Positions 1-14,068 of a stretch of 64,000 bases of DNA are shown piece after piece. How positions within the stretch are numbered: the stretch's first letter is position 1; each line of letters starts with the position of its first letter. The notes beneath the pieces are model-generated. The model did not search any database and had not been told where the DNA came from. It worked only from the letters and a program-made list of their open reading frames with translations. Position numbers and translations under genes: made by a program. Origin of the DNA: Eledone cirrhosa (lineage: Eukaryota); the NCBI GenBank assembly GCA_964016885.1, contig OZ024743.1, forward strand, positions 59,396,001 through 59,460,000. The letters are read 5' to 3'.

Positions 1-1170
1 ATGCAGTTCTCTGGCTACAACCAAAGAGACAGAGTCAGAGTATACGAAGGAGCCATGGAAAAGTATAAGACCCTCATAGAACTGGACATGAAAGGAATTT
101 GCCCACTATACAGGAGCAAATCATGGAATAGCTTAGATAGGGCTAGACATAAGATAGGGAAGGCCACATCATGGTACGACAACCAGAGATATCAGAGTGT
201 CATGTTTGTGGACGCCACCCCTGGAGGGAAATTAGCTAACCAGTGTAGAAAGGCCCTGAGAAAGACCCACTTAAAAATAAAGGTGGTAGAAAAGCCAGGA
301 ACCACCATAAAATCCCTGATCAGCAAAACCTACCCTTTTAAGAAATCCCACTGTAACCAATAGGAAATGTATCATATGTAAGGTGAACCCCCGGATAAAC
401 TGTAAAACTAGAAACGTAGTCTATAGCATAAGATGTACAGAGGGTACTTGCAGAAACATGACAACAACATACATAGGTGAGACAGCTCGTAGCATAGGTG
501 AAAGGATAGACCAACACTGGGGGGAACTAAAAGGACGAAAAAACGGGTCAGTACTATACGAACATGCTAGACAACAACATGACGGTAACATAGACAACAT
601 AGAAATTAGAATAATATCTAAACATAGGAATGACCCAGCAGATAGGCAAATCAGAGAGGCCAGTGAAATAGAAATTAGAAGACCAAAGCTAAACAGAAAG
701 AATGAGTGGAACAACAACAACACCCAAACAAACAACACTGACCTAAGAGAAGTATAAATAAGTAAATAAAATTAAATAAAATAAGATAAATAAATACATA
801 CACAAGCACATAAACACACACTAGTCACCCAGCAGACACAACACTATACACACTAGTCACACATCACACATAACACTATACACACACGCAAACGCATGCG
901 CAAAGAAGACAAAATAAAATAAGATAAACAAACAAGCAAATAAATAAATAAATATATAGACAGACTGAACAAAAAAATGGCGTAGACATACAACACAACA
1001 GGAGGAACAATGAATATAACACCACTGACGATGTTGCAGATGCGCAACGAAAGATTTATGTAAATTATGTAAACTATATATATGTGTTTGTGTCTATATT
1101 GTATCTGTATTATTTTTGACCGCCGGTCAGTCAATGGCAACATTGAGGACCGAGTAAGTTAGATCGCAGA
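1..1170 (+). mobile_element. Penelope-like element 3' part (RT C-terminus, Cys-rich linker, GIY-YIG endonuclease, 3' pLTR); Neptune-like; runs off the window start
   Basis: ORFs 1-363 and 383-757 join by a frameshift near 360: ...SHC/KCIICKVNPRINCKTRNVVYSIRC...C...YIGETARSIGERIDQH...R.IREA.EI....PKLN, a GIY-YIG signature. Hammerhead-like motif at 1021-1060. Ends at a TA tract. Confidence 0.85.
1021..1060 (+). ncRNA. Minimal hammerhead ribozyme motif, partly degenerate
   Basis: CTGACGA (1025-1031), T, stem II GTTGC/GCAAC, GAAA (1049-1052), GATTTA. Stem I is only CA/TG. Confidence 0.55.
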
Positions 1171-1267
1171 TATATATATATAAAAGACAGCGAGAAGCGA
1201 AAACCAACCAAACAGTGAGTGTGTTCTGTTATTAATTCTGGCAATATTACGCAAATATGACCCTCCC

Positions 1268-1330
<63 letters not shown>

Positions 1331-1334
<4 letters not shown>

Positions 1335-3412
1335 ATGATACTATTTATAGTTGTGTATATACTATACTATAAATAACTATAAACAGGAAGTGTCAGAAGT
1401 TTATTACTACCTTATTACCAGTAAGAGAAATAGTTCAATGTAAGAACATCAGGTGTTTTACAGAGCAGGAATATAAATTACACAAGTATCAAAGTTATGT
1501 TCAAATCATTTAATCGCTGCCAATTGTTTCTTCCAAACATTTGTTTGGCGAAATCGGAGCATTATCAATGTTTGTACATATAATTAACCTCCTATTCAAC
1601 TGAACAATAATATAGATACATATATATTGATGTTGTGAACACCAGTTTAGTATTTAAAGGTTGTAATGGATGCGATATATATTATACGAGAAATGTACAA
1701 TAATTAAAATTAAAATTAAAATTAAAATTAAAATTAAAAGCACGGTGTGGAATACATGCGACAGATAATACAAGAAAATAGTCTAATTATTAAAGAGACA
1801 ATGAGAATGGAGTACATATTCAAGCGAAGGAAACAAGGAAACAAGCAAAAGTATATATGGATACCCTATGGCAATGTATTACATAAAATACAAGCACTTT
1901 AAGCGAATATGTTAGAGTATTATGGAGGATGGAGTGCGAAATAGTTTCTGTAGAGTTCAAATTTGTATGTGTGTAGAATATGCAAGTTACTGATTTCCCA
2001 TCCATTACATATGTTAAGTTATATTTTAGTTAATGTTTGTTTGAATGTTTTTAGTTAGTTATAGTAATGGGTTGTAACTTGGTCTTATTGTATTCATATT
2101 CATGGATTAGAGTTGTTCTACAGCGAGATTTTTCAACGGTTTAATATCCGGAAGTGGATATGAGATAAAAAATTAAGGGGAGCTAATGCGTAAGGGGAGG
2201 TAACTAGCTCATTACACTATTTAAATTACTTGCTCTAATAGACATTATAAAGTGTCACAATTGATTCCCTTTTACATAATATTATATATTTATATTTAAT
2301 TTTAAATAGTCTACTCTCTCATAATATATTAAAGATTTCATTAGATTGTTATCTACCCAATACTAGGCAAGATATGGAATAATGTATAGCTGTTTACATG
2401 TTAAATTAGATAAATCCCTTAAGTTAATAAATTAATCCATTATATACAATGTTATTAATCTATACATTTAATTCTAAATGTAAATATAATTCATTGTCAT
2501 ATATTACATTTAATGTCTATACATATTATATATCATTTACTGTATACGTTATAAGTAATCTAAAGTATTTATATTAAAAGGTGGTGACAAGAAGTTTATT
2601 TCTAATAGTTATTGTAGAGTATAATGTTAGAGATAAATAGGATTTGTGTATAGCAAAGAGAAGATCAAAGAGTGTGATACTGTGGGTGAAGAAAAGTCTT
2701 AGAGGTGAAGTGTTAATGGTGGTGAGGATTTCAAATCTGACATTGTTATATACTAGCGGCTAGGTTTAAAGCTATCGAATGAGTGCCGGTAGTGGTGCTG
2801 GCACGAGGAAAACATCTCAGACTTTTTATTTAGGAGGTTTAGTTTCGAAAAGATTATAGTACGGGTCTCTAGAAGACACAGGTTACAAAATTTATTCGGT
2901 GGTTTATAGGATGTAGCCCTTAGTTTTCAGAGAGTGTATGTAGCTAGATAGTGAAGTGGAGTTGGCTAGTTTGTGTTTTTTGAGTGGAGGTGCGAGTTCG
3001 TATCTCGTCTTGAAGCAGTTCGAAGTAGAGCCAATATATGTGTTGACAGTGCAGGAGTAAATGAAGTCTTTGATTAAGCAATTATTACCTAATGGGCAAG
3101 TTCTATTTGATCTACAGTTACATTTATTTGGGATGTTATCTTGCCGGTTATTATGTTGTGTAGAAGTCTGGTTGCTATGGATACCATCAGAGTAATGATT
3201 GTTATTGATTTCATTAGTGTTATTACTATTATTACTATTATTACTATTGGTACTAGGGTTTGTAGGTATTATATTGTTCTGTAAGTTTACCTCCTGCTGT
3301 GGTTTAATTAGTTGGAAATAATTATTAACCTTCCTTTTATTACTACTAGCTATATGGTATGCGATGTTAGGTGTGGTAGAGTAAGAGATTTTAATGGTGT
3401 TTTTATTTATAA
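1331..3412 (-). mobile_element. Penelope-like element 3' part (Naiad-type linker, GIY-YIG, long AT-rich 3' UTR)
   Basis: ORF 2904-3437(-): INKNTIKISYSTTPN...CNCRSNRTCPLGNNCL (CxCx5C)...IYSC...YIGSTSNCFKTRY. Broken continuation to about 2770 (CNLCLLE, RCFPRASTT). Degenerate hammerhead at 1516-1560(-). Abuts (TA)n. Confidence 0.8.
1516..1560 (-). ncRNA. Degenerate hammerhead remnant
   Basis: Minus strand reads GCT-CCGATTT-cg-CCAAAC aaat GTTTGG-aa-GAAA-CAATTG-GC-AGC. Stems I, II and palindromic III are kept, the core is mutated. Confidence 0.45.
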
Positions 3413-4298
3413 CCCTCTTAGATAGACACTTTCCCATAGGTCATAAATACCGCTCTATCTGTAACCGACACAAAGTTAAACTAGGATATTCCTGCGCTAA
3501 GAACATGAAGGCCCACATCACCAGCAGCCCTAGGAACAACAGCCCACCAGGGTGCTCTTGCCGTAAGCCTGAAGCTTCCCCCCTTCAACAGCAATGCAAC
3601 ACACCAGATGTAATTTATGAAGCTGTGATCACTTTCAACCGACCAAACGAACCACAGGAGGTCAAAACCTATGTGGGCATGGCGGAGGGCCGATTTAAGG
3701 AACGTTTCCTGAACCACCAGTCTACCTTCAGGTACCCGGACAGACGTTCATCCATGAAACTCGCGAGCCACGTATGGTCCTTCAAGGACTCAAGTATAGA
3801 CTACTCCATTCAATGGGAAGCCATCACTAAGTCTAAGCCATACGCAAGGGGAAATCCGACGTGTTGCTTATGTATTGACGAACGAATAACTATTCTAAAG
3901 AGATTACGCAATAGTGATTGCCTAAACACGAGAAATGAATTTTTGACACGTTGTCCACACGTCGCCAAACACCTATTGCATAACTAAAAAGACTCCGGAC
4001 TGATTCTTTGTAATTTTATTTTCAAACTAAAACTTGTTGGACTTCCGCAGTTATCTCCCTTACACCTCTCACATGCACTCTAGTATTGCCTGTGTGAAGT
4101 GACCGGGTTTCTGCGCATACGCGTCCGTACGGTTGTCCTTCTTGTTTCTATAACCATGCCCATTCCGAGCTGAGGATCCGCTAAGGTGAAACAATTGTTC
4201 TCGGTATGGTGAACTAACTGTTGTGTAACCACTTCTACCTAACTCGTTCCATGGACTGAGTGCTCTACCATTGCGGATATTACCATCCAGTGTTCCAC

Positions 4299-4302
<4 letters not shown>
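3413..4302 (+). mobile_element. Penelope-like element 3' part (Naiad-type), 5'-truncated, with intact hammerhead
   Basis: ORF 3394-3987: LLDRHFP.GHKY...NRHKVKLGYSC..N...CSCRKPEASPLQQQC...VIYEA...YVGMAEGRFKERFLNH...CCLCIDE...LNTRNEF..RCPH. Ends TTCCACCACT-(TA)n. Confidence 0.88.
4160..4209 (+). ncRNA. Intact minimal type I hammerhead ribozyme
   Basis: Stem I CCAT-T-CCGAG / CTCGG-T-ATGG; core CTGAGGA 4170-4176; stem II T-CC-GCTAA-GG-T; GAAA 4188-4191; palindromic stem III ACAATTGT; GUU site, predicted cleavage after 4199. Confidence 0.85.
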
Positions 4303-4334
<32 letters not shown>

Positions 4335-4390
4335 GTGGAATATTATGGAATACTGTTAGCTTCTCGCTACAATAATTTCTATACTTTTTC

Positions 4391-4426
<36 letters not shown>

Positions 4427-4939
4427 CATTTATATATATAATGTGTTTGGATTTCAGTTAATGTGTACATGTTTCACCTTCATGTATGTATTGCAATAGG
4501 CGTAATTTCTGTGCAAATTCCTTAATAATTTGTATCAACAATTGGATGTAATAGAAGATCTAGTTGATTTACCACATTGTATACACATACACTTTGCTGA
4601 ATTTTAACTAATTGATTTTCGATTTTCAAATGCAGTTAGACTGCTTTTCTAACATCACTAAACGATTTTAGATGCTTGTGAAATAACATGAATTAATATT
4701 ACTGTAAATTAGCAAGTTCACATAAGCAAAGAAACATGCCGACAAAATTCTGTGAACAAATCAAAAGGAAGACATAGTTAAAGGGTTAATCGTTAGATCG
4801 GACCAAGGAATCTGTTGGCTATCCATTTCTAATACCATCGGCCATTTGCAATTCTGGGACGTTGGAAGTTTAACTTAAACTAAAAAATCACATTGCTGGG
4901 ATAAATAAACAAAGGATTATGCAGACTCCTTAAGCATTC

Positions 4940-5074
4940 CGCCTAGCACCTGATTGATATTTGAGTTATCTATGCCAAAATGAAGAAATGCAATGTTAAC
5001 CCCGGCCGGATTTGAGCTCAGAATGTAAAGCGTCATTTAAGTTGGCATTCTACCGAATATGTCAATTCGTTGCT
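4940..5074 (-). mobile_element. Old degenerate copy of the tRNA-derived SINE
   Basis: gttaaccccggccggatttgagctcagaatgtaaag...ctaccgaatatgtcaattcg resembles the copy at 9222-9404. Confidence 0.6.
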
Positions 5075-5489
5075 TTATTAATACCCCTCCGTTTTGCAAC
5101 AGAATATCACGTACGCAGTAATGTACACTAAGTCATACAAAACACCATACATCACATTCACAGAACACAAATGTTTCTTAACGCACGCAGGTATTCTATT
5201 ACACACACCCACACATAGACACACACAAATATACACGAAATTACATACACTGACACGCACACACATTTACACGCAATCGGGCACACAAATACATATATAC
5301 ATATACACACACACACAGATTTGATGTGAATTTTGCTGTGTTAACACAAGTCTGAGGATCAGGCAGTGTTGGAGTCCAGGGATGACATCCCAGATCACGA
5401 ACCAGCTTCTTGGGAAACATTTGTAACCAGGATTAAGCAATAGATCTCCTATGTAATATCTCCCCTTTGTTCTTACTGTATATGTATAC

Positions 5490-5615
<126 letters not shown>

Positions 5616-5670
5616 GTGAGGTTTTTTTTACAAAATGAAAAATAACCGAGGTGTCCTACACGAGTGGAAG

Positions 5671-5908
5671 TATAAAGAAAAAGAGATGAAATCGAATATG
5701 CAACTGAAGTCTTATTTTTTTTTTTTTTTTTTTTTTTTAAATATATATATTTATTTGGTTCCTTTACCGGTTTCGCAGTTCTTCTGCTTTTCAAAAGGTG
5801 AGTTGAGATGGAGGGTCTGTGGCGAAACCGGTAAAGGAACCAAATAAATATATATATAAAAAAAAAAAAAATAAGACTTCAGTTGCATTTTCGATTTCAT
5901 CTCTTTTT

Positions 5909-5915
<7 letters not shown>
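5671..5915. repeat. Head-to-head inverted pair of PLE pLTR ends (about 100-bp arms) between TA tracts
   Basis: 5671-5776 is the reverse complement of 5822-5915 apart from A/T-run length. Minus strand 5761-5798 reads CCTT-TTGAAAA-GCAG aagaa CTGC-GAAA-CCGG-TA-AAGG, a hammerhead with two core changes. Confidence 0.8.
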
Positions 5916-5996
<81 letters not shown>

Positions 5997-7176
5997 CTGT
6001 GAGTGTGCTTGTGCCCATGTGTCTGTGTGTGTGAATATTTGTGCGTATGTGTACATATATATATAATGGCATTCCCATAAACATAGCAACTATATGTATC
6101 CTGAAGTAGGAGTAGACTTATACTAATGCTCATTACAACGAACTTGCAGCCAACACTCTGTACTTACTCCATCATGTATAAGTATGCACCACAGACATGC
6201 GAAATAAAACTATAATACATGCTTGTGCCATACCCCAGACACGCACACCTGTAGAGACACACGCGGACACACACACGTGCACACATGTACACATACACGT
6301 GCACACATACTGTATATAGACATATAGACATTTACACATGCATATGTATAGACATACACATAAACACACTCACACACGCACACAGAAGTACACGTATATC
6401 TTTCACAAGCACTCGTTATTACAAATTCAACTCATTCTAACAAAAATATTGATTTTTTTTTCTACGCAGAGAACGACATATTTGTAGGATAGGGACAGTG
6501 AAAGAGATCAAGTGCATATACATTTGCAGTTGGATACAGTAGATACAAAATAATTGATCTTGTTAATGTTCAGGTGAATATTCTCATTGTATTTAGTTTT
6601 CCTCACAGCACCTTTTTCTTTATAGTAATTCATTAAAACTAACATAGAAACATTAGTTAATAGCTGATGTGTCTTATCGCAACAGGAAAATATCCGTTAC
6701 CTGGATACATTGATCTTTCTAAATTCTCGAAATAAATATTAATTCAGAAACCTACACACGTACACACACACACAAACAAAAAAGATAGACACACACACAC
6801 ACACATATATATACATATATATGCCCTCACATGTATATACAAATAAATATATATATACATATGAATATATAAATATATTATATTATAATGAGAATTGTTA
6901 TAGTAGCCAGTAAAATAATTAATACGATGCATATGATAACATATGGTACTGTACACACGTAATGACTAAGTCTATTTAATGTGATTTACTTAGTATTAAA
7001 ATATATTAACACATCACCATATTGCCAGCTTACGCACATACATAAGTTTACACACAGCAATATCTGTGTGTGTATGTATATATTTATATATATGTGAATA
7101 TTACACCCACACATATATATGTACATATATATTTATATATGTATATATATGTGTGAACATTACACACATACATATT

Positions 7177-8401
<1,225 letters not shown>

Positions 8402-8418
8402 CGAGAGAGAGAGAGAGA

Positions 8419-8461
<43 letters not shown>

Positions 8462-8465
8462 AAAT

Positions 8466-8638
8466 AGAAAGGAAATAAATTATTTCAGTAGAAAATGTTG
8501 AAGAGATTTTTTTCAGTGATATATCAAAACAGTAATTTATTTACAATACTGGTTTCAGCATTATATGCATCGACAATAGCGGATATGCAGAATATTGTTA
8601 AGTTGCATATTTGTACAAATAGTGATAATAATAATAAC
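8466..8638 (-). repeat. Left arm of about 170-bp inverted repeat (pLTR-like end with degenerate hammerhead)
   Basis: Reverse complement aligns with 13734-13901. Contains tgtcga-tgca tataa tgct-gaaaccagta-ttg. Confidence 0.75.
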
Positions 8639-9221
8639 GCACATGGTGGATAGAGTGTTATGGAATCGGACCCGTAAGTTTTGATGTTTTACGTATTTAA
8701 AACAATTGTGATAGAATAATTCTTATTACAAATGGGACATAAGATACCAGTCCCCTCTCAGGAAGTGATAACGCATCACATTATGTCGTAGGGCTCCAAT
8801 ATTAAATATTAAATTTAGTAGCTGAAATTTTATAGTCAAACAAGAAAATGGTTACAAACAACAGCCAAATAATTCACCACCAATACAACCCCCGCCGCCG
8901 CCACCGTCACCACTAACACAAAACATTTAGCTAGGTACAAACCAACGGCTGCAGCAACACCATCTCTACAGTACTACTATCCCATCGCCACCGTCAACAA
9001 TGCATCATCGCTACCACCACTATTCCCTCACTACCTCCTGTTAAGATAGGGATGGTAGTAGTGGCACTACACATGACTAGAAGCGAGGAAGTCACCAAAA
9101 GATATAAGTAGACTGGTTTAGTGACCCCGTCAAACAGCTAACAACAACACCATATAACTCTAAACTCTCTCAAAATGTTTAGTTTAAACGATGTCAAATT
9201 TAAATTATAACATAATAATAA

Positions 9222-9404
9222 TAATTGTTTCTTCTTTTGGCCCAAGCCCAGTGCATTACTGGTACTTTATTTTATCGACCCCTTAAGGATGAAAGGCAAA
9301 GTTAACCCCGGCGGGATTTGAACTCAGAATGAAAAGGGGTGTAAATCTATGCGTCAAAGCATGGCGTCCGATCCTCTACTGGTACTGCCAATCCATCGCC
9401 CTTT
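9222..9404 (-). mobile_element. tRNA-derived SINE, full length
   Basis: Minus strand: box A TGGCAGTACCAG, box B GAGTTCAAATCC, body gcctttcatcc...ggggtcgataaaataaagtaccag, tail agaaacaattattatt. Confidence 0.85.
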
Positions 9405-9439
9405 ATATAATAATAATAATGATAAGCAACAAGTCGAAA

Positions 9440-12400
9440 AAAGTTATAGAACAGAACACAGAAAGAACAAATGCAACAACAAAAGAAAAACAAATTTCTA
9501 AAGTTTCGAGCGCAACAACCCCTACTTCCCTCGTAGCTAAAATCAAAAACAGCAGCAGCAGCAACAACAACACTAGGAACCGATGTTACTGGCCTTGAAA
9601 AACGTAGAGGAAAATAATAAACAAACAAAAAACTAAGTCAGACAATCAAACATTACAATGAAACTTATGCTCCTTATTTTAAGTTTTTCTCTATTTATTT
9701 GTTCATTTATTTATATTCGTCTACAACAAGATGGTGCCACGCTAAAATAACCGGGGTGATGAATTCACTGGGGTAGATGATATCACTGGTGTGATGAAAT
9801 AATCGGTAGTTATGTAACCATGCATTCACCAATCCTCGATATGAGTGTTTAAATATCGAACCTAAGCAGTTCGAATGACGGTGAAGAGGAGACTGAAACG
9901 GCATGTGAAAGACTCTCACCCAGCAAGTGCGCTCTGGCCCAGCAGCAGGGACCTGGCTGTCATCAAATACTGCTGGTGTTGGATGAAGAAGAAGAAGGAA
10001 AGGGACAAGAACTAACTGGACAAAAGAATTGAATAGAACTGTCATGAAATGTTACCTGAAGTGTAATCCCATGAAAAAAGGCTATAGGAAACGGATTCAT
10101 AACATCTGGAACGATATTGGTCTATTTAAATTAGATGAACAAGAATTGGCCGGGCAGGCTCGGGTATTAAGGACTAATGGATGGATAAGCGAGTTGGAAC
10201 TGGAGGAACTAAGCAGAGAGATTAGGTTCGAAATGGAGAGTGGAGTATGCCAGGCAAACGAGATAGTGGGAAATGAAGGTGAAGAGGTTGAGAGAACGGA
10301 GGAAGCATCCGAAACAGACAATGATCTGAGTGCTGAAATAAATAACATCTGGAACAAAGATACGGCGATTGAGGAAATGAATGCTAACGAGCTCGGACAA
10401 GATTTGGTTGATATCCTGAACTTAGTGATAGATGAAATGAACAATGATAGTGGAAAACTATGAACCTAAGACAGGAAACATTGAAAGAAACAACAGCTAA
10501 GATAAACAAAGTCATCCCATACCTTGAGGCGAGGAACCTTCACCAATGCAACAATATCCTCAAAGAAACAGCAAATGCGGTGAGGAAATTACAAGAAAGA
10601 TCAGAACCAGGGTGGAAGAATCGACTAAATGGTCAAATCAAGGAAATGAGAAAAGACAATGAAAGCTTGAGTCCTTACTGAATGGGACAATACAAAATAT
10701 AGACACTGAAGATGGATTGGAAATAAAGTACAAAACTAGGGGGAAAAAGCTAAATATTATCACAGAGGAACTGAAGCAACGTATTGTAGCAAAAAGTGCA
10801 AAGATTAGGTAGTATGAGGACAGAGTCAGTCAGTATAGAATGAACCGCATGTTTGACCACGACCAGAAGATGTTGTTTGGACAGCTTGAAGGGAAAGAAA
10901 GAGGCAACGACTTGATACCTGAGGCAGAACAGACTAAGAATTCTGGAGATGAATATGGGAGCAGGATGCTGAACATAATAGTCAGGCAGCGTGGATTGAG
11001 ACGATACAAAAGCAGATTAGTGAACAGGCACTCCAACAAAGAGATTTGAGTATCACAGTTGAAACTTTCAAGGGGTAGGCCAAAAAACTAACCAACTGGA
11101 AATCACCAGGCCCAGATGGTGTGTAGGGGTATTGGATTAAACATATAACATCCCTCCACCCGAAACTGACAACCATGTTCAATGACTACTTGATGTCAGC
11201 TGAGATACCAGAGTGGTTGACAAAAGGTACCACAGTTCTGGTAATGAAAGCCCGAATCAAGGGTAATAATGTTACCAACTATAAACCTATCACATGTCTG
11301 TCCTTAATGTGGAAACTGTTAACAACCATTGTGTCTGAGGAAATCTACCATCACCTCCACATAAACAACTTGTTACCGGACGAACAGAAAGGGTGCCGAA
11401 AGAAGTCCCGTGGTACAGAAGACCAGTTATTTATTGATAAGATGGTAATGAGGAATTTCAAGAGGAGACACACTGGTGATGCCATGTGATAGATAGACTA
11501 CAAAAAGGCATTTGACATGGTGCCTCATTCTTGGATCACCAAAAGCCTAGAGATCTTCAAGGTGGCAGACAGCATCAGACAGTTGTTGAGCAAAAGTATG
11601 AAGTCCTGGAAAACAGAGTTAACATCGGCTGGAGAATCCTTGGGAGGCGTGAAGATCAAGAGAGGTATCTGTTGTTTGTCCTTCCCCTGATGCCCCTGAC
11701 CATTATAATGCATAAAGTCAGAGCAGGATATAAGTTGGGAAAGGGAGAGCTTACCATCAATCACCTCCTCTTCATGGACGATCTTAAGCTCTTCGGGAAG
11801 AGTGAAAAGGAGTTGGATGTGCTTGTTGACACTGTCCGTATTTTCAGCAATGATATATGTATGCAATTTGGTATTAGTAAGTGTGGGGTCCTTGTGATGG
11901 AGAGGGGTAAATTGAGCAGGAGAAACGGAATCCAGGTACCAACAGGTGAGATGATAAAGGAAATTGACACTGAAGAAGGATACAAATATTTGGGAGTTCT
12001 GGAGGCTGATGGCATCAAGAACCAAAAAATGAAGGAATTGATAAGATCTGAATACATTCGGAGAGCAAAGAGCGTATTAAAATCGCACCTGAACAGTAGG
12101 AATGCCATAAGTGCAGTAAATTCCCGAGCTGTGTCTATTATTAGGTACAGTGCAGGAATTCTGAGATGGAATGTTGCTGAACAAAAAGAAATGGATAGGA
12201 AGACTAGGAAGTTATTGACTATCTACAACATGTTCCATAAGAGGAGTGATGTCGATAGACTCTACTTAAGGAGATCTGAAGGCAGAAGATGTCTTATCAG
12301 CATAGAGGACTGTATTCAGATGGAGAAAAACACCCTACACAAATACGTGACTGATAGTAGGGAGCCAATGCTCATAATTGTACTGAAGGAGAGGACAATA

Positions 12401-13308
12401 GACCAGGGAATGTCCAAGGAGGAAATAACAAGGAGAAAGAGCAACCTTCATGAAAAAGCCCTTCATATTACCTTCTTTGAGAAAACTGAATTCAGAGATC
12501 CACAGACATGGAACTGGTTGAAAGAGGAGACATTAAAAAGACTACAGAAGGAATGCTAATGGCTGCGCAAGATCAGGCCCTCAAAACGAAGTGGGTGAAA
12601 CACCATATTTACAAGGAGGAGGCTAGCCTACTGTGCAGGATCTGTGGAGAGAGAGAGAGGAGACTGTCTCACATTGTATCCGAGTGTAAACACCTAGCCC
12701 AGACTCACTATAAAGGCTGGAGACATGATGTGATGGGCAGAGTGATCCACTGGCACCTATGCAAAGTAAACAATTTACCACATTCTGAGAAGTGGTATGA
12801 GCATAAGCGAGAGTCGGTGATAGAAAACGATCAGGTGAAGGTACTGTGAGATTTTAGGATACAGATGGACGAGAAACTGGAACACAATAGACCTGACCTG
12901 GTGGTTTTGGACAAGGAAGAAAGATCATGCCTGATTGTGGATGTGGCCTGCCCATTCGACACGAGAGTGCAAGAGAAGTAGATGGAGAAAATTAACGATA
13001 CCAAGACTTAAAGTGGGAGGTAAAAAGGATTTGGAACTGCCATGGAGTCAAAGTGGTCCCGATTGTCATAGGCGCACTAGGTACTATCTCAAAATGTTTC
13101 CAAGGATGGTTAAAGAAAATTGGCCCCGGCCCGCTTTTTGGAACACTTCAAAAGGCATGCTTGCTGGGAACAGCCAGAACCCTCCGATACGTCCTGAATA
13201 TCTGACGCTGCAGGTAGTGGCTGGATATTCATTTCAACAAACTTTCCAGTTAACTAACATCAATGACTGAGACGCAAAGAACAATAATAATAATAATAAT
13301 AATAATAA
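9440..13308 (+). mobile_element. R4/Dong-clade non-LTR retrotransposon, family A copy 1 (pseudogenised single ORF: RT, CCHC, RLE)
   Basis: Broken frames: KSPGPDG, YKPITCL, EQKGC, DYKKAFD, HLLFMDDLKL, YKYLG, CRICGE..H...C, RHD, NRPDLV..D...IVDVACP, LQKACLLGTA. Ends in (TAA)n at 13283-13308. Confidence 0.92.
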
Positions 13309-13623
13309 TTGTTTGTACTTTTGGAACAAGGCCATCAATTACACAGTAAGTACATTACTGGTACTTTATTTTATCGATCCAGTAAGAATGAAAGGCAAAG
13401 TTAACCTCGACATGATTTGAACTCAGATCGTAACGGGGCGTAACTATGCTAGAAAGCATGGCGTCCAGCCCTCTACCGATAATGCCAATTCAATAATAAT
13501 AATTATTATTATTATCATTATTTCTAGTTTTGGCACAAGGCCAGGAATTATCCCAGTGCATTACTGGTTCTTTATTTTATCGACCCGGTAAGGATGAACG
13601 GCAAATTAACCTCGGCGGGATTT
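13306..13623 (-). mobile_element. Two tandem tRNA-SINE copies (13306-13492 full, 13520-13623 partial)
   Basis: Same box B and body as 9222-9404, separated by AAT/ATT tracts. Confidence 0.8.
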
Positions 13624-13733
13624 AATGCTTAAGCAGAGTAGGATGAATAGAGAAATTAACTCTTTTCTTTGAATGAACATGTATGTGAAAATAAATTTTT
13701 CTTCCCCTTTTTATTTTCATTTTCTTCATTATT

Positions 13734-13901
13734 ATTGTTATTATCACTATTTATACAAATATGCAACTTAATATTCTGCATATCCGCAATTTACAATGCA
13801 TATAATGCTGAAACCGGTAATGTAAATAAATTAATGTTTTGATATCTCACTGAAAAAAATGTCTTCAACATTTTCTACTGAAAGAATCTTTTTCCTGTCT
13901 A
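13734..13901 (+). repeat. Right arm of about 170-bp inverted repeat (pLTR-like end)
   Basis: Pairs with 8466-8638. Contains tgca tataa tgct-GAAACCGGTA followed by aataaa. Confidence 0.75.
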
Positions 13902-13949
13902 CTAATTATTTCAATATATATCAACACGTGTGTTACTTTTCTACATTCG

Positions 13950-13950
13950 A

Positions 13951-14026
<76 letters not shown>

Positions 14027-14068
14027 CATCTATCTATCTATCTTTCTATTTATCTATCTATCTATCTA
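13950..14068. repeat. (TCTA)n microsatellite
   Basis: Direct reading. Confidence 0.97.

Noticed and set aside
6452-6740. Possible host exons (acceptor ttctacgcag at 6468; minus-strand 18-nt micro-exon near 6701-6718)
   Set aside because: The plus-strand candidate has stops in all three frames; the micro-exon is within chance expectation and has no partner exons.
9720-10030. HDV-like ribozyme at the 5' end of Dong A
   Set aside because: Could not fit the nested double pseudoknot by eye; needs an RNArobo or Infernal search.
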